Source of the DNA: a bacterium
GTDB taxonomy: Bacteria; Patescibacteriota; Patescibacteriia; UBA9934
NCBI GenBank assembly: GCA_027592325.1
Contig: JAQCKO010000006.1
Location: 1-59,038, forward strand
DNA length: 59,038 nt
Direction: 5' to 3'
Under the pieces are notes generated by a model that worked only from the letters and a program-made list of their open reading frames with translations, ran no database searches and was not told the DNA's origin. This document shows, piece by piece, positions 45,181 through 56,307 of the stretch. Made by a program: the position numbers and the translations under genes. Each line of letters begins with the position of its first letter. The first letter of the stretch is position 1.

Positions 45181-46248
45181 TCAAGTTTTCGCCAATCCAA
45201 TCATATCTAATATCTTCTCTGCGCCGCCTTGTTCAAAGACAATCCTCGCCGCCGATTCCATTTTTGCTTGTGTTGAACGGTCATTTGCAAGCTTCAGCAC
45301 CTCTTGCTTCATGACCTGAGGATTCACATGAGTAAGTCGAATCGCCGCTCCCCGTTTTTCATATAGCCGTGCATTCTCTTCCTGATGCCCTGAAAGAGGC
45401 ATCAAAATCGCCGGTTTTCCGTACCCTGCAAGTTCCATAAGGGTCCCCATTCCTGCCCTGCAAACGACAATATCGGCAGCGGCATACCAACGTGCCATTT
45501 CTCCATCAAGCAACTCCTCGACCGCATACCCGTCGGTGGAACGAAGGTTTTCCGGTTTTTTCCCTTTTCCTGAAAGATGCAGCACATTCACCTCTTTAAG
45601 TAAATCAGGAAGAATAGACGCGAGCATAGTATTGATTTGTACGGCTCCCGTCCCCCCACCAAAAAAGAATACCGTGGGCTTTTTTGGGTCAAGGTGTTTT
45701 TCCTGCATGAATGCAAATGTACCCCTCTCTACCTGTGGTTTCCGAATCAGCGCGCCTACATGTTCGGTACGACGTTTGAAATGCTGCCGCGTTTCATCCC
45801 ATGTTACACTAATATGCTCTGCAAACGGTGCGACCACTTTATTTGCAAGAAGTGGGAGCGCGTCAAGCTGATGGACCCAAACCGGAATTCCCAGCATTTT
45901 TGCGGCATACACAACAGGAATTCCAACATACCCTCCCGCAACAAATACCCGCTCTGGACGAATATCTTTGAGCAACTTGATCGCCTGCGCTGTTGCGAGC
46001 ACCAGATGCGGAGCAATAAACGGCCAAAGATATGTTCGCGTCCTGTCGAGTTTTGGAGCAGATAATGCATGAAATGCGGCACCGGTTGCCACAATAAGTG
46101 CGCGTTCTGGACCATGCGGCGTTCCAATCCAATGAAAACGCGCTGCCTCAACACGTTCTTTATATGCGTCTTGAACAGCAAGTAGCGGTACTACAGGGCC
46201 GAGGGTTCCCCCTCCTGCAAATACAATGCAATGTTTTAATCCTTCCAT
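45181..46248 (-). CDS. murG: Undecaprenyl-PP-MurNAc-pentapeptide GlcNAc transferase
   Basis: GGGTLGPVVP, AGGYVGIP, GGGTGA, CRAG, HQEENA. Confidence 0.93.
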   Translation of the reverse strand: MEGLKHCIVFAGGGTLGPVVPLLAVQDAYKERVEAARFHWIGTPHGPERALIVATGAAFHALSAPKLDRTRTYLWPFIAPHLVLATAQAIKLLKDIRPERVFVAGGYVGIPVVYAAKMLGIPVWVHQLDALPLLANKVVAPFAEHISVTWDETRQHFKRRTEHVGALIRKPQVERGTFAFMQEKHLDPKKPTVFFFGGGTGAVQINTMLASILPDLLKEVNVLHLSGKGKKPENLRSTDGYAVEELLDGEMARWYAAADIVVCRAGMGTLMELAGYGKPAILMPLSGHQEENARLYEKRGAAIRLTHVNPQVMKQEVLKLANDRSTQAKMESAARIVFEQGGAEKILDMIGLAKT

Positions 46249-46252
46249 ACCC

Positions 46253-47356
46253 CTAGTGTTTCATATGCGTCGAGATCTGCAAAATCACTCCGACAGCAGC
46301 AAGCGATATGGCAAGCGATGTTCCTCCAAAGCTGAGAAATGGAAGCGGGACGCCGGTAATCGGAAGTAGCGCCACCATTGATCCAATATTTAAAAATGCC
46401 TGCACGGCAAACCAGGCAGTAATACCCACGACAACATAACGTGCAAAACCAGCAACATGTTCAGCAATGTACAATGCACGCCACAGCATGAAGCCGTACG
46501 CTGTTAAAAACATAATCGTGAGCAAAAATCCAAGCTCTTCACTCATTACCGCAAAAATCGAGTCTCCGAGGACTTCGGGTAAGTACTGATACTTTTGCAG
46601 TGAGTGTCCGAATCCTCTTCCAAAAAATCCCCCTGAACCGATGGCTAGTAATGCTTGATTCACCTGGTATCCAACACCAAGCGGATCAAGTTCAGGGTGT
46701 AAAAATGTCGCAAATCGTTCTGATCGATACGGTGATGAGCTGATAAGCACTGCTAATGTTGTCACGCCAAATGCTCCTAAACCAAATAAATATGTCATTG
46801 GCCCACCTGCAACAAAGTAAACAATAAACGCCATGGCAGCAATAACGGAAAGTGTTCCCATGTCTGGTTGTAGAAGCATGAGCGCAGCAATGATGCCAAG
46901 TGAAAATAAAAACGGTACAAAGCCAGCATTGAAATCGGCAAGATCGCGACCACGTTTCTCAAGCCATGCAGCGAGATAAAAGAGAAACGTGAGTTTTACA
47001 ATTTCCGCAGGTTGAAAAGATATTGGTCCAATAACCACCCAACTTTTTGCGAATGTCCCAAAATCTGTCCCTATTCCAGGAACGAAAACGAGTGCAAGAA
47101 GCAAGATAGATACTCCCATCATGAACAGTGCATACCGCTGATACAACGCATGTGGGAGGCGCATTGCAGCAACCATCAAGATCACTCCCGGGATGAAACC
47201 TTTTATCAACTGGTTTTTAATGTAGTAATAACTATCACCAAAACGTGCGAATCCAAGGGGACCTGAAGCCGATGCAAGCATAATCAGCCCGAAGATTGCC
47301 ATCCCAATGGCGAGTGCAAGAAACACGTAATCAACATGCCCACGAGTTTGTGTCAT
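46253..47356 (-). CDS. ftsW: Peptidoglycan glycosyltransferase FtsW
   Basis: FQPAEIVK, QPDMGT, YLPEVLGDSIF, TGVPLPFLSFGG. Confidence 0.93.
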   Translation of the reverse strand: MTQTRGHVDYVFLALAIGMAIFGLIMLASASGPLGFARFGDSYYYIKNQLIKGFIPGVILMVAAMRLPHALYQRYALFMMGVSILLLALVFVPGIGTDFGTFAKSWVVIGPISFQPAEIVKLTFLFYLAAWLEKRGRDLADFNAGFVPFLFSLGIIAALMLLQPDMGTLSVIAAMAFIVYFVAGGPMTYLFGLGAFGVTTLAVLISSSPYRSERFATFLHPELDPLGVGYQVNQALLAIGSGGFFGRGFGHSLQKYQYLPEVLGDSIFAVMSEELGFLLTIMFLTAYGFMLWRALYIAEHVAGFARYVVVGITAWFAVQAFLNIGSMVALLPITGVPLPFLSFGGTSLAISLAAVGVILQISTHMKH

Positions 47357-48420
47357 AACTGTGTGATATCAATCATCGCAGCGTCTAAAAAGGCAAGAAT
47401 AAGCCCTAGACTCGCTGCAATCCATGAAATCACCCAAAATCGCATAACAACTTTTGGCTCCGGCCATCCGAGTGCTTCATAATGGTGATGGATCGGAGCA
47501 ACTTTGAATACTTTTTTCCCTCTGAATTTCTTCGAAAGAAGTTGAATGATCGTACTGACGGCCTCTAGAACAAAAACAAATCCAATAATTGGCAGCAACA
47601 GTGCTGAATTCGTAAACATTGCCACAACACCAAGAGTGACTCCGAGCGACATTGCCCCGGTATCCCCCATGAAAAATCGTGCGGGATATATATTGAACCA
47701 CAAAAAGGCAAGTAATGCGCCCATCATTGCTCCACAAAATGCCGCAAGATCGTAACGTCCCTGTAGGAGTGCAATTCCTGCAAATGCTCCGAATGCCGAG
47801 ACGAGCGTCCCACCAGCAAGACCATCAAGCCCATCGGTTTGATTCACAGAAAACGCCGTCCCTACAATCACAAGAACAAAAAGCGGCACAAACCAAATGC
47901 CAATATCAATAAATCCATAGAGCGGTACAAGCAGCACATGCCAATCAAGCTTATCGTAAAACCACCATGCACCAATAAGGGCAACAATCGTATAAAGTAC
48001 CAGCCGATGACGAATATCAATTCCTCCCCCATTCGGACCAATCTTTCGTACATTGAAAAAATCATCAAGAAGGCCGATCACACCGGCAGCAACAAGGGTA
48101 AACAACGGAAGCCATGTTTCTTCACGTGTCAAAAAGCTGAATTCTGCAATACGGGAGCCGGGAAATAATTCTTTCAGCAACACGAGCGTAAGCGCAACAA
48201 TAAGCACGGTCCCCCAAATCAGCACGCCGCCCATTGTTGGAGTCCCTGCTTTCTCCTTGTGCATTTTTGTAAAGATGGGCGCCTGTTTTGATGTACGTAA
48301 TGATTTTCCAAGACGATATTTATACAAAAAATGCGTAAGAACCGGCGTCCAGACAATAGCGAGGACGAACGTAAGCGTCGTTAAAACAAGAATTTTAAGG
48401 AGAACAAAAGGCTCAAGCAT
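47353..48420 (-). CDS. mraY: Phospho-N-acetylmuramoyl-pentapeptide transferase
   Basis: GTPTMGG, GLLDD, TDGLDGL, FMGDTG, APIHHHYE. Confidence 0.96.
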   Translation of the reverse strand: MLEPFVLLKILVLTTLTFVLAIVWTPVLTHFLYKYRLGKSLRTSKQAPIFTKMHKEKAGTPTMGGVLIWGTVLIVALTLVLLKELFPGSRIAEFSFLTREETWLPLFTLVAAGVIGLLDDFFNVRKIGPNGGGIDIRHRLVLYTIVALIGAWWFYDKLDWHVLLVPLYGFIDIGIWFVPLFVLVIVGTAFSVNQTDGLDGLAGGTLVSAFGAFAGIALLQGRYDLAAFCGAMMGALLAFLWFNIYPARFFMGDTGAMSLGVTLGVVAMFTNSALLLPIIGFVFVLEAVSTIIQLLSKKFRGKKVFKVAPIHHHYEALGWPEPKVVMRFWVISWIAASLGLILAFLDAAMIDITQL

Positions 48421-48817
48421 ACGTAAGATTGACAAGGACAACAAAAACCATCGCAATTGCAATAACCACATTTACGGCAATTGAAGTCATAAGGAGTAAA
48501 TTTCGAAGAACACGATCTTTTTCAAAAATAGTCATTGCAAGAATAGTGTTCACAATAAGAACAAGTGCGCCAAAAGCAGGATACAAAAACATTTTCCACC
48601 ACGGTCCTAGGCTATCTACACCAAAGTGAATATTGTAATGCAGTGGGATTGCCGGCTGTTCTTGAATATCAGGGAAGAGGCGCCAAATAGGAAGTAGAAC
48701 AGAAAATGCGAGAGAAATCAGTGAAAGCCCAACCGAAACAACAACAAGCTTTCGTTTGCGGGTGCTCTTTTTCGGTGACAGGAGAGCCATGAATGGACTT
48801 TGTCGTTTCTTGTTCAT
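48413..48817 (-). CDS. Membrane hypothetical protein (IPLHYN motif)
   Basis: Three TM helices; IPLHYNIHFGVD. Confidence 0.75.
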   Translation of the reverse strand: MNKKRQSPFMALLSPKKSTRKRKLVVVSVGLSLISLAFSVLLPIWRLFPDIQEQPAIPLHYNIHFGVDSLGPWWKMFLYPAFGALVLIVNTILAMTIFEKDRVLRNLLLMTSIAVNVVIAIAMVFVVLVNLTYA

Positions 48818-49065
48818 GTCACTGCTTCTACAGAATGAATTTGAGGAATATGCTCACGCATGAGACCTTCGATTCCCATTTTTAGCGTCATGCGAGAAAG
48901 CGGGCAGCCTTTACAGCCACCTAAAAACCGCACATAAACGGTTTTCTCTTCTTCATTATACTCTATGAGTTCAATATTCCCGCCATGCCGCGCAAGGGCC
49001 GGCCGCGCAAGCTCTAAAACGGCTTCAATTCGGTCTAACATGGGAAGAACGGTAGCACAGGGCAT
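48814..49065 (-). CDS. NifU-like domain protein
   Basis: RPALARHGGNIEL, GGCKGCPLS...TLKMGIE. Confidence 0.9.
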   Translation of the reverse strand: MPCATVLPMLDRIEAVLELARPALARHGGNIELIEYNEEEKTVYVRFLGGCKGCPLSRMTLKMGIEGLMREHIPQIHSVEAVT

Positions 49066-49120
49066 AGGGTGTAGGGAATAGGTCAAGTTTCAGCTGTCAG
49101 GTTGGAGGTTGTGGGCTAAG

Positions 49121-49178
49121 CGTACGGTGAATGAGGCGCGGAGCTGCAAGCCTGTAGATGCGGTGATTTGAGTGCTTC
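49121..49178. repeat. MITE-like family, right half
   Basis: Near-identical to 23203-23260. Confidence 0.75.
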
Positions 49179-49215
49179 TTTCAATCAAAAAACCGGCGCT
49201 TGGCCGACTTTTTGT

Positions 49216-49497
49216 TTATTTCCCTGTGAATACTTCTACAAAGGTTTTCTTTGAGAGTGCTCCGTGGAAATTTGGCATCATTTTCTTTCGAAACTTCACA
49301 ATGCCGTCTTTGATCGCGTAGAGGGTATCGTCCTTCCCTTTGCGTACACCGACGCCTGGGCGATACTTTGTTCCGCGCTGTTTGATGATAATTTGCCCAG
49401 TGGTTACCACTTGTCCATCAGACTTTTTAAGGCCGAGTCGTTTTGCAACGGAATCTCGACCGTTACTAGTGGATCCTTGGGCTTTTTTATGCGCCAT
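49216..49497 (-). CDS. rpmA: 50S ribosomal protein L27
   Basis: [25 protein letters not shown]. Confidence 0.97.
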   Translation of the reverse strand: MAHKKAQGSTSNGRDSVAKRLGLKKSDGQVVTTGQIIIKQRGTKYRPGVGVRKGKDDTLYAIKDGIVKFRKKMMPNFHGALSKKTFVEVFTGK

Positions 49498-49588
49498 AGG
49501 GTTGGTTTCTTAGATCAGATAATTCCCGGAGATATTACAATAATGGGGTAAAATTGTCAAGATAGCGCGAACTTTCGGCTGTTAGCAA

Positions 49589-51217
49589 TTATCGGTGCCG
49601 CTTTGCTGCAACCTCTAAAAACTTCATAAATAATGGATGCGGGCGAAGTGGACGGCTGAGGAATTCCGGGTGGAATTGCACACCTATAAAGAATGGATGA
49701 TTCTGAATTTCGACCATTTCAACCAAATTTTTCTCAGGATTCACCCCTGAAACCACAAGTCCAGCCGACTCAAGCTCTGCCCAATAGGCATTATTGAATT
49801 CATAGCGATGTCGATGCCGCTCCATCACCCGTTCGGCCCCATATGCCGTATGCGCCACAGTCCCTGGTGTCACCGCGCAGGCATATTCTCCAAGACGCAT
49901 GGTTCCGCCATAGGTCTTATCGCGAATCACCGTTTCTTGTCCTTCCATCAGGTGAATAACGGGATGCGCCGTTTGCGCATCGATTTCCTGTGTATGTGCA
50001 TCACTCCAACCCAGCACATTTCGTGCATATTCGATCACAACACATTGCATCCCATAGCAAAGCCCAAAATACGGAATTTGCTGCTCTCGTACATATTGAA
50101 TGGCCTTGATCTTCCCCTCAATACCGCGAGAACCGAACCCTCCTGGAATTAAAATTCCATCATAGGCAGAAAGCTCGCTTACTTGCTCTGGCTTTTCTTC
50201 ATAGGTCTCTGCATTTAACCAGTGAATCTCTGGCTTTACCCCTTGATACGCAGCCGCGTGCTTGATCGCCTCGAGTACAGAAAGATACGCGTCTGAGAGG
50301 ACAAATTTTCCTGTTGAGAAATATTTCCCAATCACACCAATTTTTACTGATGTCTTCGCTTCGGTAATCTTATTAGTAAATGCTCGCCATTCTGAAAGAT
50401 CATTTTGACGCGGCGAAAGCCCAAAATGCTTGAGAACAAGTTCAGCTAATTGTTGTTGTTCGAACAACTCGGGAATGTGATAAATGCTTTTTGCATCCGG
50501 TGCAGAAATGACATGATTCCAAGCGACCGAACAAAAACGGGAAATTTTCTCCTTCCGCGGCTGGTCAAGCTCGAGCGTTGAACGACAAATCACAAAATCC
50601 GGCTGAATTCCCGTTCCATTGAGTGTCCGTACCGCATATTGCGTAGGCTTTGTTTTCATCTCCCCAATCGATGGTGGGACAGGAAGATAGCTAACCAGAG
50701 CAAAGCCAACATCATCCGGAGTATCGACATGCATCATGCGCGCTGCTTCAAGGAAGAGGAGATTTTGATATTCCCCAACAGTTCCACCTACTTCGACCAA
50801 TGTAATTTCTGCATCTGCTTCTTCTGCTGCCGTTTTTATACGGGTAATCACTTCTTCTGGCACATGGGGAACCACCTCAACACATTTTCCTCCGTATTCT
50901 AAATTCCGCTCACGCTCAATGACGGACCGATACACACGCCCCGTCGTCATATAATTTGCTTTCCCAATATCAACACCTAGAAAGCGTTCGTACGTACCAA
51001 TATCTTGATCTGTTTCATCGCCGTCTTTTGTGACAAATACCTCACCATGCTCAACAGGATTCATCGTTCCTGCGTCAACATTCACATATGGGTCGACTTT
51101 AATCGCCGTGACACGATATCCTTTTGCTTTCAGCGTAAGACCTAGTGCTGCAGCTGATGTCCCTTTTCCAACACCGCTCATGACCCCGCCAACAATAAAC
51201 AAAAACTTTCTATGCAT
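49589..51217 (-). CDS. pyrG: CTP synthase
   Basis: GGVMSGVGKG, KTKPTQ, GLCYGMQ, HRHRYE, QFHPEF. Confidence 0.98.
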   Translation of the reverse strand: MHRKFLFIVGGVMSGVGKGTSAAALGLTLKAKGYRVTAIKVDPYVNVDAGTMNPVEHGEVFVTKDGDETDQDIGTYERFLGVDIGKANYMTTGRVYRSVIERERNLEYGGKCVEVVPHVPEEVITRIKTAAEEADAEITLVEVGGTVGEYQNLLFLEAARMMHVDTPDDVGFALVSYLPVPPSIGEMKTKPTQYAVRTLNGTGIQPDFVICRSTLELDQPRKEKISRFCSVAWNHVISAPDAKSIYHIPELFEQQQLAELVLKHFGLSPRQNDLSEWRAFTNKITEAKTSVKIGVIGKYFSTGKFVLSDAYLSVLEAIKHAAAYQGVKPEIHWLNAETYEEKPEQVSELSAYDGILIPGGFGSRGIEGKIKAIQYVREQQIPYFGLCYGMQCVVIEYARNVLGWSDAHTQEIDAQTAHPVIHLMEGQETVIRDKTYGGTMRLGEYACAVTPGTVAHTAYGAERVMERHRHRYEFNNAYWAELESAGLVVSGVNPEKNLVEMVEIQNHPFFIGVQFHPEFLSRPLRPHPLFMKFLEVAAKRHR

Positions 51218-51219
51218 AG

Positions 51220-51651
51220 TTACTCCAAAATCAATGTGAGTGTTGCTTCAAATCCTAGAGGAGATTCGAGCACTACCTCATATTCACCAAGCTCTTTCAC
51301 ACCATTCCATTTTATCCATTCTTTTTTGACATCAATCTCTTCCGCCTTCAATAACGTAACAATATCTTTTGCACCAAATGTCGCAAAGAGTTTTTGATTC
51401 TCAGATTTAGGTGCAGCAATCAGCTCGAGCCCGTCAATCACTGCCATTAAATCGCGCTCAGCGTGCTCCGACTGCCTTTCCCGATTCGATGCAGCGCGAT
51501 CGCGATCTTCCATTTCACGAAGTGACACATCTGTCGCTTCGACTGCCAGATGCTGCGGGAAGAGAAAATTTCTTGCATACCCATCGGAAACTTCAACAAC
51601 ATCTCCCTCTTTTCCATGACCTTTTATGTCTTCAAGCAATATCACCTTCAT
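51220..51651 (-). CDS. rplI: 50S ribosomal protein L9
   Basis: [27 protein letters not shown]. Confidence 0.95.
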   Translation of the reverse strand: MKVILLEDIKGHGKEGDVVEVSDGYARNFLFPQHLAVEATDVSLREMEDRDRAASNRERQSEHAERDLMAVIDGLELIAAPKSENQKLFATFGAKDIVTLLKAEEIDVKKEWIKWNGVKELGEYEVVLESPLGFEATLTLILE

Positions 51652-51665
51652 ATAGCGTCAGTTTA

Positions 51666-52208
51666 TCATGATTCATCAAGTGTCCCTTTACTTTTCATGA
51701 TCTCAAGGGCCTTTGTGAGTATTGGTCGCATATCTTTGTATGAAGATTTCTCCACGACATCTTCTACAGGGGTCCACTTCACCTCATAAATACGCTCTCC
51801 TTTTTCCTGCAACTTTGGGCGCTTTACACGTGCGTAATAGGGCGCTTCAAAAAGATAGTAGTAAATATACTTGTGAATGAGTCGTCCCTTAAATACGAAT
51901 CTGTCACGAAACCAAATATCAATATGATCAAGAGAGGCTTTCATGCGCAAATTACGAAGCCCAACTTCTTCAGAAACTTCTCTCCGTGCAGCATTTTCAT
52001 ATGATTCTCCACGACGCACATGCCCTTTTGGAAAGGTCCATTTCCCATATGAATCCTTTACCATGGCAAAATACAGCCCGCTCCTTGTGCGCTTATATAC
52101 AATCCCACCCGCCGATACCTCAACGCGGGGACGCTCTTGCTTACGCCGATTAATTCCCTGTCTTGAGGAAATTGAGCGCCGCGTCGATTTGCGGGGTGTT
52201 CTCTGCAT
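51666..52208 (-). CDS. NUDIX hydrolase with Arg-rich N-terminus
   Basis: WTFPKGHV...ARREVSEEVG Nudix box. Confidence 0.9.
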   Translation of the reverse strand: MQRTPRKSTRRSISSRQGINRRKQERPRVEVSAGGIVYKRTRSGLYFAMVKDSYGKWTFPKGHVRRGESYENAARREVSEEVGLRNLRMKASLDHIDIWFRDRFVFKGRLIHKYIYYYLFEAPYYARVKRPKLQEKGERIYEVKWTPVEDVVEKSSYKDMRPILTKALEIMKSKGTLDES

Positions 52209-53388
52209 TATAATCGTCAATCGTGTATTCAACGTAAATATCTGGCTCTATACCAACGTCTTGAATCGAGTGCCCATTTGGTGTCAGCCATTCTGCTACC
52301 GTAATCTTTAGCGCAGATCCATCGCCGTATTCAAAGTAGTCTTGAACCGAACCTTTTCCGAAGCTCTTCTCTCCCATAATTGTCGCATATCCGTAATCAC
52401 GAAGCGCTCCTGCCAGAATTTCTGATGCAGATGCAGATCCTCCATTCATCAGCACAACGGTTTTCAAATTTGCCAATTCCCCACGACCAGAAGAAAAAAA
52501 TGGATTTTGGCGATCACCAATACGCTCTATCACAACAGGCTCATCTTGCACCCAATACCCAGCGAGGTCAATAGCTGTACTTAAGAGACCACCAGGATTA
52601 TTACGCAAATCGACAATAAGCGCACTTGCCCCTGCAGCGATAATATCTTCTGTCGCTTGTTCGAATAGAAGACTTGTCTCTTCGTTAAACATATACACAT
52701 CTATAACGGCAACACCGTCAGGACGAATTTCCCAAGCAACGCTATCAAGGTGAATTTCTGCGCGAATAATCGAAATATCAAGAATCTCCCCATCCCGCAA
52801 CATGGTCAGCTTGACTTCCGTGCCTTCTTCGCCGCGGATGCGCTGAACGGCTTCGGTAACAGTGAGGTCATACGAATCTTCGTCATTGATTGCAAGAATG
52901 GCATCACCTGCACGCACTCCAGAAGTCTCTGCAGGCGAACCTGTGAGAGGAGCAATCACAACTAATTGATCGTTACGCTCCCCAATTTCGGCGCCAATCC
53001 CAAAAAATGTTCCTTCAAGATCGGCATTGAATGCCTGTGCATCAACTGGACGAAAGAACACAGAATAATCGTCTCCGGCCGCCTTCACCATGCCAGAAAT
53101 TGCTCCATAAAATAAATCTGTTTCTGAAACTGGCCGATACAAATACTCCTCTTTCATGGCATTCCACACTTCCCAAAAAAGCGCAAAATCAATATCTTCC
53201 TCAACACTCCTTCCGTCAACCTCTTTTCCAATAACACGTCCTTCTCCTTCTGGGACAATTGAACGCACGCCCGATGTATGGCCAGACGCAAAACCAATAA
53301 AAAAGATGATGGCAAGAAAAATAAGACTACTTCCACCAAACAGTAATGACTTAAGTGGAGACTGAGTATTCGTCATAATATGACCCAT
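52150..53388 (-). CDS. S41 C-terminal processing peptidase with PDZ domain
   Basis: GIGAEI, DLRNNPGG, GSASASEI, GKGSVQ. Confidence 0.93.
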   Translation of the reverse strand: MGHIMTNTQSPLKSLLFGGSSLIFLAIIFFIGFASGHTSGVRSIVPEGEGRVIGKEVDGRSVEEDIDFALFWEVWNAMKEEYLYRPVSETDLFYGAISGMVKAAGDDYSVFFRPVDAQAFNADLEGTFFGIGAEIGERNDQLVVIAPLTGSPAETSGVRAGDAILAINDEDSYDLTVTEAVQRIRGEEGTEVKLTMLRDGEILDISIIRAEIHLDSVAWEIRPDGVAVIDVYMFNEETSLLFEQATEDIIAAGASALIVDLRNNPGGLLSTAIDLAGYWVQDEPVVIERIGDRQNPFFSSGRGELANLKTVVLMNGGSASASEILAGALRDYGYATIMGEKSFGKGSVQDYFEYGDGSALKITVAEWLTPNGHSIQDVGIEPDIYVEYTIDDYNAENTPQIDAALNFLKTGN

Positions 53389-53415
53389 CGTATCATAGTT
53401 GATCGAACCCCACCA

Positions 53416-54711
53416 CTATCGATACACGCCGATTCGAAGCAATGTCCCTTCTTCGGTTTGAAGAAATATATCGCCACCACTTTGGCTCAATCGGCTATTC
53501 TTAATAGTCTCATTCCCCCATGGAAGAGCGAGATAGTTGGGCGTTTCTCCTCGAATATCACGCTCAAGCGCATACCAATCGCCTTCCGAAAGCCCGTAAA
53601 TGATGTACTGCTCGGCCGGAAAAATGTGCTCCACAAGCCTCCCTTCACGAATGTAAAAGGTTTCACGTTTATTTTGCAGATCGTAGGTAAAAATGGCAAA
53701 TCCATCAGAATATACAAGCTGTGTTCGATGCAAATCAAGAACTAGCGCATCGGCACGAGCTTCAAACTCAACGGAGGCATTCTGAGAAACATTCAGAACG
53801 ACAAATTTTCGAGACGCATTTTCGATAATAATATACTCGCCAATGACGCCACGAACGTTAAGCATATCGGGGCTAAGCTCTGCAATCAACCGCCTCTCCC
53901 CTTCTTCAAGTCGGTAAACACGGACACTGTCGCCTTGGGGAGAAAACTCAATAAGTTGTGACCCGGCAGAAACAATCAACAAACTACTCGCAGAAAATCC
54001 ATCGCTTTCTACAGGATACGTTGTCGCAGTGACACCATTCACAATCACAACCTGATCATACTGTGGGTGCCAATACAGCTGCGCTTCAGAAGGAATTGTG
54101 AGCGTATCAATCACCCCATCATGTTGCATGACGTATACCTCGGTGCCAATACGCAACGTGACATGTTCTGAGACATGTGACCACGTAAGCTCGATTTGTT
54201 CGTCAGAAAACGAACGTACGCGTCCTTTCATGAATCGTGTTCCTGAGCGTAAATCGATTTGCCAAATTTCAATCCAATTTTCTGCTCGCTCCACATAGGC
54301 GGCAATATCCCGATTCGGATGCATCATGAGACTTGATGCATTCTCAAGAACAACCTGCATATCGCTTCCATCTTTTAGAAGCTGAACTCCTTCAATACTC
54401 GAGGTCATATTAGGCTCAACGGTAACAATACTTGACCAAGATAGATATCCTGTTTTCTTCAGCTCAATTTTATGTTTCCCTGGAAGAACTCGCTTAAAAA
54501 TGTACGGCGTATCACGGACAAACTCTTCATCATTGAAAATAATATCCGCAGCACGCGGCGAGGTAGAAATTGAGATGGAACCAGAACGGACAATGCGGCC
54601 GGTTTGCGGGCTAATTCGGTACCCTGCTGTATAAAAAACAGCGGCCGGCGCAAGCACAAAGAAGGCAAGAGCGAAGAACCAAAATAATGTCATGCGAAGA
54701 CCACGTTTCAT
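53416..54711 (-). CDS. PEGA domain-containing protein
   Basis: TM helix, GSISISTSPRAADI...TP...PGKHKIELKKTGY. Confidence 0.8.
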   Translation of the reverse strand: MKRGLRMTLFWFFALAFFVLAPAAVFYTAGYRISPQTGRIVRSGSISISTSPRAADIIFNDEEFVRDTPYIFKRVLPGKHKIELKKTGYLSWSSIVTVEPNMTSSIEGVQLLKDGSDMQVVLENASSLMMHPNRDIAAYVERAENWIEIWQIDLRSGTRFMKGRVRSFSDEQIELTWSHVSEHVTLRIGTEVYVMQHDGVIDTLTIPSEAQLYWHPQYDQVVIVNGVTATTYPVESDGFSASSLLIVSAGSQLIEFSPQGDSVRVYRLEEGERRLIAELSPDMLNVRGVIGEYIIIENASRKFVVLNVSQNASVEFEARADALVLDLHRTQLVYSDGFAIFTYDLQNKRETFYIREGRLVEHIFPAEQYIIYGLSEGDWYALERDIRGETPNYLALPWGNETIKNSRLSQSGGDIFLQTEEGTLLRIGVYR

Positions 54712-54732
54712 AACGCTCGTATGATATCAAAT

Positions 54733-55587
54733 CTAGAAGGTCGCTAGAAATGCATCAAGCGCATCGGTGCGCGAACGAAGCAGTGGGAACGTTGTCGATT
54801 TGAGTGCAGCAAACTTTGGACGCGCCGCTGGTTTTGGAAAGGCCGAAGATGGAACAGGATGATACGGTATCTGAACGTTGCGCTTTTCAAAAACCTCTTT
54901 TGCAAATTGATACCATGTGACTCCTGGACCTTCATTCACAAAATGATAGTTCCTATAGGCGAAATCACCCTCGAGAAGCATTATAGTTGCATCGGCAATG
55001 TCTTCTGTATAGGTTGGACTTCCTACTTCTTCATCGACAATACTGAGTTCAGGCTTTGACGCGGCCAAGCGGAGCATTAAATGAACGAAACTTTCTTTTG
55101 CTGCCTCTGATCGTCCGGCTGGACCGAAAATTTTTGAAAGCCTCACAATATAATGATTGACACCCATTGCCCGGATTGCTTTTTCCCCCGCCAGTTTTGA
55201 TATTCCGTATCGAGAGATTGGTTTCGGAATATCGTCTTCTGTATAGCCTTCCGGCTTATCTCCGGCAAAAACGTAATCTGTACTAAAATGCACAATGATC
55301 GCATCAAGTAGTTTTGCACTCGCTGCAAGCGAACGCACGGCATCTCTATTCACCGCCATCGCCTTCTTGAACCCTTCATCTGCTTCTGCATCGTCGACCG
55401 CATTATACGCCGCGCAATTCATGATCACGTCTGGCCGCTCAATTCGCATGCGTGCAAGAACCGCCTTATGATCGGTAAGGTCAAGATCGTTGCGATCTGA
55501 TTCAATCACCTCGTGTCCTGCCGCTTTCAATTTCGGGCAAAGAACACTCCCCAAATTCCCCATGGCTCCTGCAACAAATATCTTCAT
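54733..55587 (-). CDS. rfbD: dTDP-4-dehydrorhamnose reductase
   Basis: GAMGNLG, STDYVF, YGISK. Confidence 0.93.
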   Translation of the reverse strand: MKIFVAGAMGNLGSVLCPKLKAAGHEVIESDRNDLDLTDHKAVLARMRIERPDVIMNCAAYNAVDDAEADEGFKKAMAVNRDAVRSLAASAKLLDAIIVHFSTDYVFAGDKPEGYTEDDIPKPISRYGISKLAGEKAIRAMGVNHYIVRLSKIFGPAGRSEAAKESFVHLMLRLAASKPELSIVDEEVGSPTYTEDIADATIMLLEGDFAYRNYHFVNEGPGVTWYQFAKEVFEKRNVQIPYHPVPSSAFPKPAARPKFAALKSTTFPLLRSRTDALDAFLATF

Positions 55588-55592
55588 AGAAG

Positions 55593-56129
55593 TTAGAATG
55601 GCAGATCAAGATCTTTATAATTTGGCGCTACCTCATCGCGTCCTGAAAGCATTGGCTCAATCGGCCAATCAATACCAAAGGCTGGATCATCGTAACGTAC
55701 ATTGCCGTCAAGTTCGTTATCGTAGGTATTCGATGTTTTATACAGCACTTCACAATCCGTGAGCGCATAAAATCCATGACCAAATCCGGCTGGCACGTAA
55801 AGCATGCGCTTATTTTCTTCGCTGAGCACGAACCCTTCCCATTTCATAAAAGTGGGAGACTCTTTGCGTAGGTCCACAATACAGTCCCAAATTTTTCCGC
55901 CAGTTGCGCGCACAAGCTTTGCCATCGGTTTTGGAGGAAGCTGATAGTGTAGACCACGAAGCACACCGCGCTGAGATCGTGAATGATTATCCTGAACGAA
56001 AACATCATTAATACCTATTGCAGCGAATTTTTCGGCATTATAGCTTTCGTAGAAGAATCCGCGATCATCTCCGTAAACGTCTGGTTCAATGATATAGGCT
56101 CCTGCAAGGGTTGTTTCGATTTTGCGCAT
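55593..56129 (-). CDS. rfbC: dTDP-4-dehydrorhamnose 3,5-epimerase
   Basis: DDRGFF, QDNHS, LRGLHYQ, VPAGFGHG. Confidence 0.96.
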   Translation of the reverse strand: MRKIETTLAGAYIIEPDVYGDDRGFFYESYNAEKFAAIGINDVFVQDNHSRSQRGVLRGLHYQLPPKPMAKLVRATGGKIWDCIVDLRKESPTFMKWEGFVLSEENKRMLYVPAGFGHGFYALTDCEVLYKTSNTYDNELDGNVRYDDPAFGIDWPIEPMLSGRDEVAPNYKDLDLPF

Positions 56130-56307
56130 AGGTTCGTGATTAGGGTGTGGGTTGTCGGTATATGGGCCTTCGGCCCGTTCGTACGAATAGATCTCTCACA
56201 TTCGTTCGAGAATTTCGTGCATGCCACTCTCTTATCATACATTCTCGAGCGATTACAAGAGAGCAATTCGTTTAAACACCGCCAACGAGCGATTGAAGGC
56301 AAGGAGC